The notes beneath the pieces were generated by a model. The model saw only the letters and a program-made list of their open reading frames with translations, had not been told where the DNA came from and did not search any database. This document shows positions 51,361 to 64,000 of a stretch of DNA of 64,000 nt, piece after piece; position 1 is the stretch's first letter, and each line of letters opens with the position of its first letter. This DNA is from Squalus acanthias (taxonomy: Eukaryota): contig CM059452.1 in NCBI GenBank assembly GCA_030390025.1, positions 9,548,001 to 9,612,000 of the forward strand, read 5' to 3'. The position numbers were made by a program, and so were the translations under genes.

Positions 51361-52062
51361 TGTTATTACTGCCCTGCGGTCATATTTCCTTCTGACTCTC
51401 TCAGCAGACATGATAAATGTTCACTAATGACAGAAATGAACCAACTACTTCACATCGGCATTACACATTATTCTCCACCACAAAAGACCCCTTGGAACTC
51501 CATTCTCCCGACCTTTCACTTCTCCTCTGACGGGGGCTGCAACTGGTTCCTGGACATGTTCATCGCCCCCAAAATAGCAACAAGATACCAGAAAATTAAC
51601 TTTGTTTGCAGTTGCACCTAAAATCCTGGATATCATTTGACACTCGTTTTCAACCAGTGTAATTTTCGTGTACAGCTCTTGACCCTGGGCGTGGAACCAT
51701 TATAACGAGCGGGAATGCGTTCGGGCACAAGGATCTAGAGACGGCCGTAAAGGAGCAAGCGATTTCAGGAAGAGCACTATTCAGTGCGTAACACAATTGC
51801 GCCCGGATTTATTATTTTTTTACGCCAGGTATTTGCTTCACAGCCCATTACAGGAGGCTCTGGGAGCAAATACACAGGAAATGTTAAAGAGTCTCCCGGA
51901 ATCGTTGTCAATTCGTTGTCCTTCCAATAACGATGGTGTTTAAGCAACAACGAGAGGTTAATATCTCAAAGGTGATTTATTCTCACTGAGAGAGTGAAGG
52001 CTGAATACTGGTGTCCTGATTCTGAAGATGAAGCTTTGCTTGACTTTCATTTCTGTTCACAG

Positions 52063-52371
52063 ATGGTTCCTCATGCAACGATCCAGAAATCACTCTTCCG
52101 CAACCGTCACTAGAACAGGTCTTACTGGAGGCGACGGTGACCTTAACCTGCGTCGTGTCTAATGCTCCTTATGGAGTCAACGTGTCCTGGACCCGAGAAA
52201 AGGAGACTTTGAAATCAGAGATTGCCGTCCAACCCGGAGAGGCTCCCAACAGCGTGATCAGCAACTTAAACATCTCGACACAAGCCTGGCTGAGTGGGGA
52301 TGAGTTCTACTGCGTGGTGAGCCATCAGGATATGCCGACTCCTATAAGAGATTCCATCCACAAGGAAAAAG
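52063..52371 (+). CDS. IGHM: IgM Cmu3 exon
   Basis: [40 protein letters not shown]. Confidence 0.95.
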
Positions 52372-52887
52372 GTGAGCGGTGAGATTGGAGCAATAAGTGA
52401 GACTCTGTGACTATTTCCGGTGCTTGTGCACGGCCCAATTCGTTCTATTAAGTGTTTTAATGGACTGCTCTGATAATTCAATGGGTAATTCCACTAACTA
52501 AACCCTCTGGGACCCGAGATGATGCATTTAAGGGAAGCTGGATAAGTAATGAGGGAAAAAGGAATAGAAGGATATGTTATTAGGGTTAGATGAAGTAAGG
52601 TGGGAGGAGTCTCGTGTGGAGCATAAACAGCGGCATTGACCAGTTGGGCCGAATGGTCTGTTTCTGTGATGTGAATTCTATATAATTTTCCAGTCCAACT
52701 CTTCAAGCTCCCAGAGAGAAGGATTGTATCCCCCTCTGCTCCGGGCTGGAAAACCGGACAGGACACAGAGGGGGAAAGGGAATCCTTTAAAATTCAGCGC
52801 AAAGCACATTTCTCTCACATCTAACCGCCGGTTTCATTGTCTCTGGAATTCTCCAGTTTATTGACCTTTATTGTAATTGTTCTGCAG

Positions 52888-53279
52888 CTAAACATCCGCG
52901 GGAACCGTCCGTGTCTGTCCTCCTGCCCCCGGCAGAAGAAGTCTCCGCTCAGAGGTTCGTCAGCCTCACCTGCTTAGTGAGAGGTTTCTCCCCCCGAGAG
53001 ATCTTCGTCAAGTGGACCGTCAATGACAAGCCGGTGAATTCCGGCAACTACAAGAACACCGAGGTGATGGCGGAGAACGGCAGCAGTTCCTTCTTCATGT
53101 ACAGCCTGTTATCCATTGCAGCGGAGGAGTGGGCCAGCGGCGCTTCTTACTCCTGTGTGGTGGGACATGAAGCGATCCCCTTGAAGATCATCAACAGAAC
53201 GGTTAATAAATCCAGCGGTAAACCCAGTTTTGTCAACATTTCCCTTGTTCTGATGGACACCGTCAATTCTTGTCAATGA
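52888..53279 (+). CDS. IGHM: IgM Cmu4 exon plus secretory tailpiece (internal TM donor after 53217)
   Basis: [47 protein letters not shown]. Confidence 0.97.
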
Positions 53280-53307
53280 GAATCTCTCGATTGCATTTCA
53301 GTTCTTG

Positions 53308-53323
53308 AATAAAAACCAATAAA
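53308..53323 (+). terminator. Secretory-form polyadenylation signals
   Basis: AATAAA at 53308 and 53318. Confidence 0.8.
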
Positions 53324-53704
53324 GGCCTTTTCTTCCAATCGTCAGTTACACACACCGCCGCTCAATTAATTTTGTTTCCCATTTTTGCAAAGGGGAGGGC
53401 TGTTTATCTGAAGCAGGATATTTGCCGGTCTCGGGCCCAAGGCTTGTACAGCCAGCACTCCCAGCTCAGATACACCACGGGTTAGAGACAGACTGAAGCT
53501 CTTTCATGACAGGATTCCTCAAAGTCACTTCAGCAACTTTCCTCCCGCTGGGGGGAATCTAAAAGTTCCCATTTCCGACAAACAAACGCAGCACATTTAG
53601 ATCTCGGTGTCGCTGTTTCCCGTGCTGTCCATCTCTTCAGAATTGGGGGCCAGTTTTATTTTGCAGCATCGCACCCTCTGGGATCTGAAATAAGGCCACA
53701 CACG

Positions 53705-54805
53705 AACTGTACCCCCACTCCCCCACCAGAGAGAGGGGAAAGGGCAATTGTTAACCGACAGTACCCCGCAATTGTTAACCGACTGTACCCCCCACTCCCC
53801 ACCAGAGAGAGGGGAAAGGGCAATTGTTAACCCAATGTACCCCCACTCCCCACCAGAGAGAGGGGAAAGGGCAATTGTTAACCCACTGTACCCCCACTCC
53901 CCACCAGAGAGAGGGGAAAGGGCAATTGTTAACCCACTGTACCCCCCACTCCCCCACCAGAGAGAGGGGAAAGGGCAATTGTTAACCCACTGTACCCCCA
54001 CTCCCCCACCAGAGAGAGGGGAAAGGGCAATTGTTAACCACTGTACCTCCCACTCCCCCACCAGAGAGAGGGGAAAGGGCAATTGTTAACCCACTGTACC
54101 CCCACTCCCCCACCAGAGAGAGGGGAAAGGGCAATTGTTAACCCACTGTACCCCCACTCCCCCACCAGAGAGAGGGGAAAGGGCAATTGTTAACCCACTG
54201 TACCCCCACTCCCCCACCAGAGAGAGGGGAAAGGGCAATTGTTAACCCACTGTACCCCCACTCCCCCACCAGAGAGAGGGGAAAGGGCAATTGTTAACCC
54301 ACTGTACCCTCACTCCCCCACCAGAGAGAGGGGAAAGGGCAATTGTTAACCCACTGTACCCCCACTCCCCACCAGAGAGAGGGGAAAGGGCAATTGTTAA
54401 CCCACTGTACCTCCCACTCCCCCACCAGAGAGAGGGGAACGGGCAATTGTTAACCCACTGTACCTCCCACTCCCCCACCAGAGAGAGGGGAAAGGGCAAT
54501 TGTTAACCCACAGTACCTCCACCCCCCGCCAGAGAGAGGGGAAAGGGTTATTGTTAACCCACTGTACCTCCACCCCCCACCAGAGAGAGGGGAAAGGGCA
54601 ATTGTTAACCCCCTGTACTCCTACTCCCCCACCAGAGAGAGGGGAAAAGGGCAATAGTTAACCCACTGTATCCCCACACCCCCACCAGAGAGAGGGGAAA
54701 GGGCAATTGTTAACCCACTGTACCTCCCACTCCCCCACCAGAGAGAGGGGAAAGGGCAATTGTTAACCCACTGTACCTCCCACTCCCCCACCAGAGAGAG
54801 GGGAG
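53705..54805. repeat. About 52-bp minisatellite in the Cmu4-TM1 intron
   Basis: Same unit as 14124-15342. Confidence 0.95.
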
Positions 54806-56508
54806 GTGAACCAATCTCTATTATATGAACTTAGTTGACATCAGTAAAAAGTCAGCTTTAACTCACAGTCTAAAAACGTTAAAGTTGCCGGATGAGAATC
54901 ATATTGTAAAATAAATATTTATTCAACAACTTATCTTTAACTAGTCTTTGGGGTAAATCTGTCCCTGTTATTCATAAACGAACAGATTTAATTCTAATAG
55001 TCCAAATCTGAACTGGTGATTGAATCCTCTGCGGGTTTCTCACGGTTCTGTCGCTGATGGTTTGAGGCCCATCGGTTGACGTCACATTGCGTCTCACACA
55101 GAACACATTTACACAGAGCGGGGAAGAATGCGTGTAAAGTGAGTGTGTGTGTTTATGTGTCAGTGCGTTTGCGATTTTGTGTAAGTGTGTGTGTTTTGTG
55201 TAAGTGCACACTTACACATAAACACACACAGACTTACACATAAACACACACATTAACACACTGACACAGAATATTAAACATACCCAGAATATAATACACA
55301 CCGTCATTGTCAGACCCAGTTATTGGTAATCTCTGAAACTTTGAACAGTACCGGAAATACACACGCGCACACCCTTAAACAAAGCACACACAAACAGATG
55401 CATTAACATACACACACTTACACACCCATAAACTCACACATGAACACAAACACACACAATTACACAGAAACACTCACACGCTTACACCTGAACATACACA
55501 AACACTTACACATAACCATAAACATAAACATAAACACACACATGGACGCACATACACAAAAAACAAACACACAATTAAACATAAACACACTTACAAATAA
55601 ACTGACACACAAACACACACACACAATTACAAATAAACACACACACTTATACAAAGACTTACACATAAACATACACAAACTGACAAAAATACACGCACAC
55701 TTACACATAATCACACACTTACACATAAATACACATATATAGAATTACACAAACACGCAAACTTACACATCAACACACACACAATTACACAGCAACACAA
55801 ACATTAACACACAAACACAGACTAAAACAAAACAAGAGATTGTCATACACACATACGCAAACACGAATGCGCGAAAAAACCTCAGGCTATAGACGAATGT
55901 AGAATTAAAATGTACTTTTTGAACGAACACAGTTTCCAACGATTGTTCTGAATGAATAATTCCTGATACCATAACATCTCACATTTCTCTATTCTGGCCC
56001 TACACATACACTGAATCAATGTTCTTGTTGGAAACTGATACAAGTTAATTATGTTCGGAGCATTGCCATAACAAAAAAATAAACAAGATTATAACACACA
56101 TCTGATATCTTACCCAGCCCCCTTGACAGTCTCCAAATAAGTAGCTATCTAAACCTATCGTTAAAATAATCGATATCAATCAGTAAACCTCCCTCGATAT
56201 TTCATCATATTATTCCCGAATCATCGATTGTACGAAATTGATGCAAAATCAATTAGCGTGTGACATTGAAGAAAAAACTGTCGTTTTTTCCAACACGGAC
56301 TATAGGAGGATCATAAAGGAAGAGCGACTGTGGAGTTAGGAACAGAGATAGATTGCTGAGAGAGATTAACTTAACACAAGATATACATTGAAAATTCAAT
56401 TAGAGAACAAACTAATACCTTAAGGAAAAGAAGGGAATATATAATAATAATATGATATCTTGGATTAATAAACGATCTGAATATATTTCCGCCTCTACAT
56501 CCCCGTAG

Positions 56509-56786
56509 ATTCCTCAGACCACATCTTGATTGAAGACTATGAGGAAGAGAGCGGCAACATCTGGACAACCGCTTCCACATTCATCATCCTGTTCTTCCTG
56601 AGCATGTCCTACAGCGCTGCAGTCACTCTAGTGAAGGTGAGAAGATTCAATCCACTCACACTTCGATCTGACTGAAGCGGTTTGACAAATCTCTAAAAGT
56701 TTCATTGATAAAAAACCCTGAGATAAATGCCCCAAACCACTAAATCTCTGCTTCATTCTTTTATCCCTCTTTTACAGATCAAGTGA
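56509..56786 (+). CDS. IGHM: IgM TM1 (56509-56636) and TM2 (56778-56786)
   Basis: WTTASTFIILFFLSMSYSAAVTLVK / IK*; CART-like TM, splice phases compatible with the Cmu4 donor. Confidence 0.95.
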
Positions 56787-59621
56787 ACGGTTGAATTTCG
56801 GACGCCGTGGATTTTCCTCATCTGTTTATTAACATCTCTGTGTCCTGAAAATAAAATATATCCTCTTGGTGATTCTCAGAGTCAAATGTCTTCAGTTAAT
56901 AGATCCGAATCTGTAGCTGAGAAAATCATAACCGGGATTTCCGTCTCTCTGTTTGAAATGTGTGAGATCATCGTGGCTATAATGTAAATGTATCTTAGAG
57001 TTTCACCGTTGTTTGAATATTTCATGTGTAAATAAGTCACTTTTCTCGTTCCTAATTGACAATTGTTCCCTTCCCTTTATGTTGAGCCCCTGTTTTCTCT
57101 CCCTGGTGTCTGTTACAGTTGTACAGATAACTGGCAGCTCAGACCGCCTGTGATCTGGTCTCAATGTGACGCTCTGTTGTTATATTCACTTTGTGTTAAC
57201 TTTTTAAAAACTTCTCTGTAAATTGTTCTCTGTGAAATTGTTAATAAATCTGGAATGACAAATTGACTAATTTGGACTTTGCTGAATTCCTTTCTCCAAG
57301 GCTCCTCCACACCGCTCCATTTTCCCTATCACACTTTGTTTTATTTCCCTGACAGGTATTTTTCACCCGTCCTGTCTGGGTTGTGTTTGAACCCAAGTCC
57401 CTTCGGTTAAGGAGCCACTGCGCCACCCAGTGCCCTATCAGAGTAAAGACACCTTTACCCCCGCCTTTTTATGTCAAGACCCAGAGGCGGAATGACTGCA
57501 TAGCGACCAACAGCGACCAGGCGCACCTTGCAGTCTCCTCTAATATTATGTTCTGTAAAAGTCACATGCCAGGTTCTAATAAAGAGCAGGGCTCTGCTCC
57601 ATCACAGTGTGATACATTACAGTACATGGCAGAGTAAATCTCCCTCTGCACTGTCCCATCAAACACTCCAGGGCAGGTACAGCACGGGTTAGATACAGAG
57701 TAATGCTCCCGCTACACTGTCCCATCAAACACTCCCACGGCAGCTGCACACTTGTTATATAAGCACACAGACACCCAGGGCAGAGAGGAAAGAAGGAGAG
57801 ATTGTATTTGAGGGAGAGGGGATGAGGGATCACGCGGTGTCCTCAGGTATATTTGGTCACCGCTGGACACAGGTTGTGTGACAGTCGGACAAAATCAAAT
57901 TCTGATGGAATATCGTTCCAGTTTTGTTCAGACCAAGTGAGCGAGTGTAGCCCTCCTCTCGGGGAGGGCGCTATAGAATGTATTTTGTTGTTTTGGATTA
58001 GCCCTTTTAATGGAGTCCCGCGTCCAAATGGTCCACACAGACCATGAAAGAGTCGGCCCAGCACTGCGGTAACCACTTCTAACCTTCTCCAATCTGAGCC
58101 ACGCCCATTTATCCTGACCATCTGTCTCCTGTATCCCTGACGACCTTTCTCCCTGCTCTGCTCCATTCCCTCTTGTACCATCTCCATGAACTCAGTGAAC
58201 ATCACTACTGTGTACCGCCAGTGACCTTCAGATCTCTGATCCCTGTTTCTCTGCAGTTTTGATCCACGTCCTTAACCGGATCCTCGGGCTCTTTCGATGC
58301 CTCCCCGCCCCGGGAACATCTCCAGAGGTTTCTGGCCAGACCCGAGTATCTTCCGGCATTCTCCTTTTGATGCAGTGCTGCTTTCCCTCTGAGCTCCTGG
58401 AGTCCAGGCGCGACGTCTCCTCTGGTTGAATATATGATCAGGTTGAGGAACGGAAGAATTAGGCGGCCCTTCTGAAGGGCTGAGAAGGAACATTGCAAAT
58501 GGATGGAGTTGCTGTTTAAACTATGTCTCTGCCCCAATCTCTCTCCCTCCCCTCAAAGCGAGAAATACCTTCAGCCACCATCGCTGTGTCTCCCGGCTCT
58601 GTATCCTGTCCCCAGGCTCCGAGAATATCGGGTGGTGCAGGGCCCATTGAAGACTTTCCGAGCTGAACCCCCGGGGTCACAGCTCTGGGTCAGGGGTCAC
58701 AGGCTGCACACACGGGGAATCTTTAGCGCTGAGCGGAGCCTGGAGACTTCCCGTGACCTCTGACCCTCAATGAACGTGAAAAACAGCCAATTGCGGTGCT
58801 GTTACATGCGAAAAGCATTGTTGCGTCATCCAGTGCAGGTCAAACCCGTGACGGCCATGTTTGTGTGACGTGCGGTGTGACGTGTGACTTCAATTCCCAC
58901 AAAAGAAACGGTCTCCCTTTCTTAATAAAAAGGAGAAAATATGCGACAGAGATAAAGATACAGACAGCGATAATTGAAGCGGTTGGCGAGTTGCGCATGT
59001 GCGAACAGTGCTCCCAGGGAGCAGCACGGCCCGTGGTCGACATTGGGCCTATTCTGGCCCGCTGTGCATTGTGGGAATCTCTGTCCTTCATGGCTGCTTA
59101 AATCACTGACAGGGTGTGAGCCAACTGAACCTCTGAATGGCAATTTATTACAGCCTCCCTCGGGGAAACTGCCACACAGTCAGAGTTCTCCTTACAGGCC
59201 AATAGCACTTGGTCAGATTTATTGCAGGTTAACTAACGCACGGAAGTTCAATGAGGCAGCCAGTGACCGGAACAGCAAGAATAGCGAAAGAGTTCAGAAA
59301 TCTCTCTATTTTCTCCACAGATCTCCCGAAACATTCAACTAATTTTCTCTTTCATGTCCTCTCCCATTCGGTTGTGGGTTTCCAACACCTCTGTTTTCAA
59401 GATTGGAAAGTGGCATCTAAATATAGTGAAACTAAAATAGAGTAATGGGTCGGAGGATTTCCCGAGCACCTCAATACATTAAGTACTTGGTTTTGAAGGA
59501 ATACACGAGATGAAATAACACACACAGGCAGAATATGGGAACCAGATCCTGTCCCATTAACGGAGCGGCCAGCAGGAGGTTCCTGGCGCTGTCAGCAACC
59601 TCTTTCTCGGAGCTGATCTTA

Positions 59622-60047
59622 ACATTATTCACTGACCTGTCTGCAGTTCCTGTTTATGGGAAGCTGGGTTAGAGCGGTTCTGAATTAATATGCCGTGCAG
59701 CAGTAAAGGTTTTATATCGTTAAACTAAAGACTGGAAGAAGAAAGTCCATGCGATTAGTAAAGTGTGGAGACAAGGGATGAGAAGAGACAGGCAGGCACG
59801 GAAATTGCATCGAAAGACAAAAGGTGAGTTGTGGCACCACAGACATGATTGCTGAAGTTCATTTTTAGTATAAATGCGAGTTGAAATCACAAACGAACAT
59901 AATTCGGCCAGGGGACCTCACCTGTTCTTGTTGAGTGCTGAGTTTTTAAAATATTTTTAAGGAGATCCGTGTGACTCTCACTGTGGAGGCTGAATTATTG
60001 CTTCTGGTTATCGGTGTGAGAGCGCCCTCTCAGTGTGCGTTTTGGTA
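59622..60047 (-). other. Orphan 3' flank of the MWNRLAP V family (V itself absent)
   Basis: Homologous to 11342-11786 and ends at a degenerate nonamer. Confidence 0.75.
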
Positions 60048-60184
60048 CACTAGGGACGTTGAATAGTTACAATTAATGCTCATTGAGGTTCCTTCCAGAT
60101 ATTGGGCTTCTATTGGCCACTGCTTGAAGGAGTCTCCAGAACTCAGTTCTGCAGAAAACATTCCTGGTTTCCCATGGAAACAGA

Positions 60185-61255
60185 ATGAAAGTGAGAGTGA
60201 CTGCCCTTGATATCAAGGCAGCATTTGACCGAGTGTGGCATCAAGGAGCCCTAGTAAAAGGGAAGTCAATGGGAATCAGGGGGAAAACTCTCCACTGGCT
60301 AGAGTCATACCTAGCACAAAGGAAGATGGTTGTGGTGGTTGAAGGTCAATCATCACAGCCCCAGGACATCGCTGCAGGAGTTCCTCAGGGCAGTGTCCTC
60401 GGCCTAACCATCTCCAGCTGCTTCATCAATGACCTTCCCTCCAACATAAGGTCAGAAATGGGGATGTTCGCTGATGACTGCACAGTGCTCAGTGCCATTC
60501 GCAACTCCTCAGATAATGAAGCAGTCCATGCCCGCATGCAGCAAGACCAGGCAATGATTATCTCCAACAAGCGAGAGTCTAACCACCGCCCCATGACATT
60601 CAACGGCATTACCATCGCCGAATCCCCCACCATCAGTATCCTGGTGGGGGGGTCACCATTGACCATAAACTTAACTGGACCAGCCACATAAATACTGTGA
60701 CAACAAGAGCAGGTCAGAGGCTGGGTATCCTGCGGCGAGTGTCTCACCTCCTGACTCCCCAAAGCCTTTCCTCCATCTACAAGGCACAAGTCAGGAGTGT
60801 AATGGAATACTCTCCACTTGCCTGGATGTGTGCAGCTCCAACAACACTCAAGAAGCTCGACACCATCCAAGACAAAGCAGCCCGCTTGATTGGCATCCTA
60901 TCCACCACCTTAGACATTCACTCCCTCCACCACCGGCGTACCGTGGCTGCAGTCTGTACCATTTACAAGAGGCACTGCAGCAACTCGCCAAGGCTTCTTT
61001 GGCAGCACCTCCCAAACCCGCGACCTCTTCCACCTAGAAGGACAAGGGCAGCAGGCGCATGGGAACACCACCACCTCCAAGTTCCCCTTCAAGTCACACA
61101 CCATCCTGACTTGAAGGTATATCGCCGATCCTTCATCGTCGCTGGGTCAAAATCCTGGAACTTCCTCCCAAACAGCTCTGTTCAAGGCGGCGGCTCACCA
61201 TTACCTTCTCAAGGGCAATTAGGGACGCCCACATCCAATGAACGAATAAAAAAAT
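60185..61255 (+). mobile_element. Non-LTR retrotransposon RT 3' fragment
   Basis: LDIKAAFDRVWH..GVPQGSVLG..FADDC. Confidence 0.9.
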
Positions 61256-62099
61256 ACGGATGACAGACAGATAGACGGACGGACGGTCAGAACGAACTGA
61301 TAACATGTTTTTATTTCTTTACGATATTAATTTTCTATTCCTCGGTTTATACACAGGGAGACGAAGAGACAGGAAGAGAAAACAACAGATTAATGACTAG
61401 ACATTAATATATAGACAGGTGGATATAGAGATACAGAAAGACAGAGAGACAGACAGTCTGATAAATAACTGTGCAGGCAGAGACATCAATGAATGGAAGA
61501 CAGTTGTGTAAATAGTGGAATGGACAGACAGACACAGATGTATAAATAAATAAACCAGCCAAATAACAACGTTGGAAGGGCCCAAATAACGAAAAAGCCC
61601 AAACTCCACCATGGCCGCAGTCTCCCCACACTGGGAGCCCGCACTTCACCCGGTGCCTCCTCTCAGTTGCAGCTTTCGGACTGAAGGGGAGAATTTGAAA
61701 TGTTCTGTCGGCACACGGAGTCTCGTCATTTCCTGAATCAAACCAAGAGCCTGGTTTCAACGAGCTGCCGGTGATCATCATCACTGCCCGCGGCCCCGGC
61801 ACACAGGCTCCCGGACATCTGATCATCCGATCCCGGGAATGGGTACGGATTCGGTCTGACTGTTACCGGAACAGAACCTAAGCAGAAATAAACCCTTCGA
61901 TTGAAGGTTATTCTTCAAAAGGATTCCCAGTTTAACTGTGTTTTGAAACCGATGCTCACGGTTAATGAGGAATCAATTTTAAGGTGTTCTTGCTGATAAA
62001 AAATAATCCATTTTATAGCAATGAAAATCTGACACGATATTGTCGCAATGTCACTACCTCAGAGTAATCCGTTAACGTCAGTTTACACTCGAACTATTT

Positions 62100-64000
62100 G
62101 CCTGTGTCTATGACTGTGTTTATGTGTCTGTGTGTCTGTGTGTTTCTCTGTCTGTGTGTCTATGTGTGTGTTTATCTGTCTGTGTGTCTATGTGTGTGTT
62201 TATCTGTCTGTGTGTCTATAACTGTGTTTATCTCTCTGTGTGTCTGTGTGTTTATGTGTCTGTGTGTCTATGTGTGTGTTTATCTGTCTGTGTGTCTATG
62301 TGTGTGTTTATGTGTCTGTGTGTCTCTGTTTGTGTTTATCTGTCTGTGTGTCTCTGTGTGTGTTTATGTGTCTGTGTGTCTATGTGTGTGTTTATCTGTC
62401 TGTGTGTCTATGTGTGTGTTTATCTGTCTGTGTGTCTATGTGTGTGTTTATCTGTCTGTGTGTCTATGTGTGTGTTTATCTGTCTGTGTGTCTATGTGTG
62501 TGTTTATGTGTCTGTGTGTCTCTGTGTGTGTTTATCTGTCTGTGTGTCTATGTGTGTGTTTATCTGTCTGTGTGTCTATGTGTGTGTTTATCTGTCTGTG
62601 TGTCTATGTGTGTGTTTATCTGTCTGTGTGTCTATGTGTGTGTTTATCTGTCTGTGTGTCTATGAGTGTGTTTATCTGTCTGTGTGTCTATGTGTGTGTT
62701 TATCTGTCTGTGTGTCTATGTGTGTGTTTATGTGTCTGTGTGTCTATGTGTGTGTTTATCTGTCTGTGTGTCTATGTGTGTGTTTATCTGTCTGTGTGTC
62801 TATGTGTGTGTTTATCTGTCTGTGTGTCTATGTGTGTGTTTATCTGTCTGTGTGTCTATGTGTGTGTTTATCTGTCTGTGTGTCTATGTGTGTGTTTATC
62901 TGTCTGTGTGTCTATGTGTGTGTTTATCTGTCTGTGTGTCTATGTGTGTGTTTATCTGTCTGTGTGTCTATGTGTGTGTTTATCTGTCTGTGTGTCTATG
63001 TGTGTGTTTATGTGTCTGTGTGTCTATGTGTGTGTTTATCTCTCTGTGTGTCTATGTGTGTGTTTATCTGTCTGTGTGTCTATGACTGTGTTTATCTGTC
63101 TGTGTGTCTATGTGTGTGTTTATCTGTCTGTGTGTCTCTGTGTGTGTTTATGTGTCTGTGTGTCTATGTGTGTGTTTATCTCTCTGTGTGTCTATGTGTG
63201 TGTTTATCTGTCTGTGTGTCTATGACTGTGTTTATCTGTCTGTGTGTCTATGTGTGTGTTTATGTCTCTGTGTGTCTATGTGTGTGTTTATCTGTCTGTG
63301 TGTCTATGACTGTGTTTATCTGTCTGTGTGTCTATGTGTGTGTTTATCTGTCTGTGTGGCTATGTGTGTGTTTATCTGTCTGTGTGTCTATGTGTGTGTT
63401 TATCTGTCTGTGTGTCTATGTGTGTGTTTATCTGTCTGTGTGTCTATGACTGTGTTTATCTATCTGTGTGTCTATGACTGTGTTTATCTGTCTGTGTGTC
63501 TATGTGTGTGTTTATCTGTCTGTGTGTCTATGTATGTGTTTATCTCTCTGTGTGTCTATGTATGTGTTTATCTCTCTGTGTGTCTATGTGTGTGTTTATC
63601 TGTCTGTGTGTCTATGTGTGTGTTTATCTGTCTGTGTGTCTATGTGTGTGTTTATCTGTCTGTGTGTCTATGTGTGTGTTTATCTGTCTGTGTGTCTATG
63701 TGTGTGTTTATCTGTCTGTGTGACTATGTGTGTGTTTGTCTGTCTGTGTGTCTATGTGTGTGTTTATCTGTCTGTGTGTCTATGTGTGTGTTTGTCTGTC
63801 TGTGTGTCTATGTGTGTGTTTATCTGTCTGTGTGTCTATGTGTGTGTTTATCTGTCTGTGTGTCTATGTGTGTGTTTATCTGTCTGTGTGTCTATGTGTG
63901 TGTTTATCTGTCTGTGTGTCTATGTGTGTTTTTATCTGTCTGTGTGTCTATGTGTGTGTTTATCTGTCTGTGTGTCTATGTGTGTTTATCTGTCTGTGTG
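62100..64000. repeat. 28-bp TG-rich satellite running off the window
   Basis: Unit TGTCTGTGTGTCTATGTGTGTGTTTATC. Confidence 0.97.

Noticed and set aside
53705-54805. Minisatellite as a class-switch region
   Set aside because: It lies 3' of Cmu4, is not AGCT-rich, and its sense strand is not G-rich
43185-56786. IgM1gj identity
   Set aside because: The cluster has four C exons, TM exons and an unjoined V, unlike the fully joined three-domain IgM1gj
62098-63723. Cys/Val-rich ORFs
   Set aside because: TG-rich satellite lacking stop codons

Overview
Eukaryotic DNA from a cartilaginous fish (shark-type): a mixed TCR alpha/delta V and IgH antigen-receptor region. From left to right: (i) an RSS-less JH with the start of its J-C intron (minus strand, C exons presumably beyond the left edge); (ii) a NAR-TCR cassette on the minus strand, made of leader, VNAR-like V with an apparently germline-joined D and 12-RSS, 23-RSS J, and a leaderless supporting Vdelta whose 23-RSS has been amplified into about 20 tandem copies; (iii) about ten TCR alpha/delta-type V genes or pseudogenes in both orientations, several with CTCF-like motifs just behind the RSS and one with an intronless leader; (iv) an orphan duplicate of the IgM TM exons; (v) after a 216-nt assembly gap, an apparently intact IgM cluster (L-VH-23RSS, 12RSS with pre-joined D-D-J, Cmu1-4, secretory tail, TM1-2). 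The rest is CR1/RTE/other LINE fragments, SINEs and minisatellites, which explain most long ORFs in the track. All calls come from manual reading; no database search was run.
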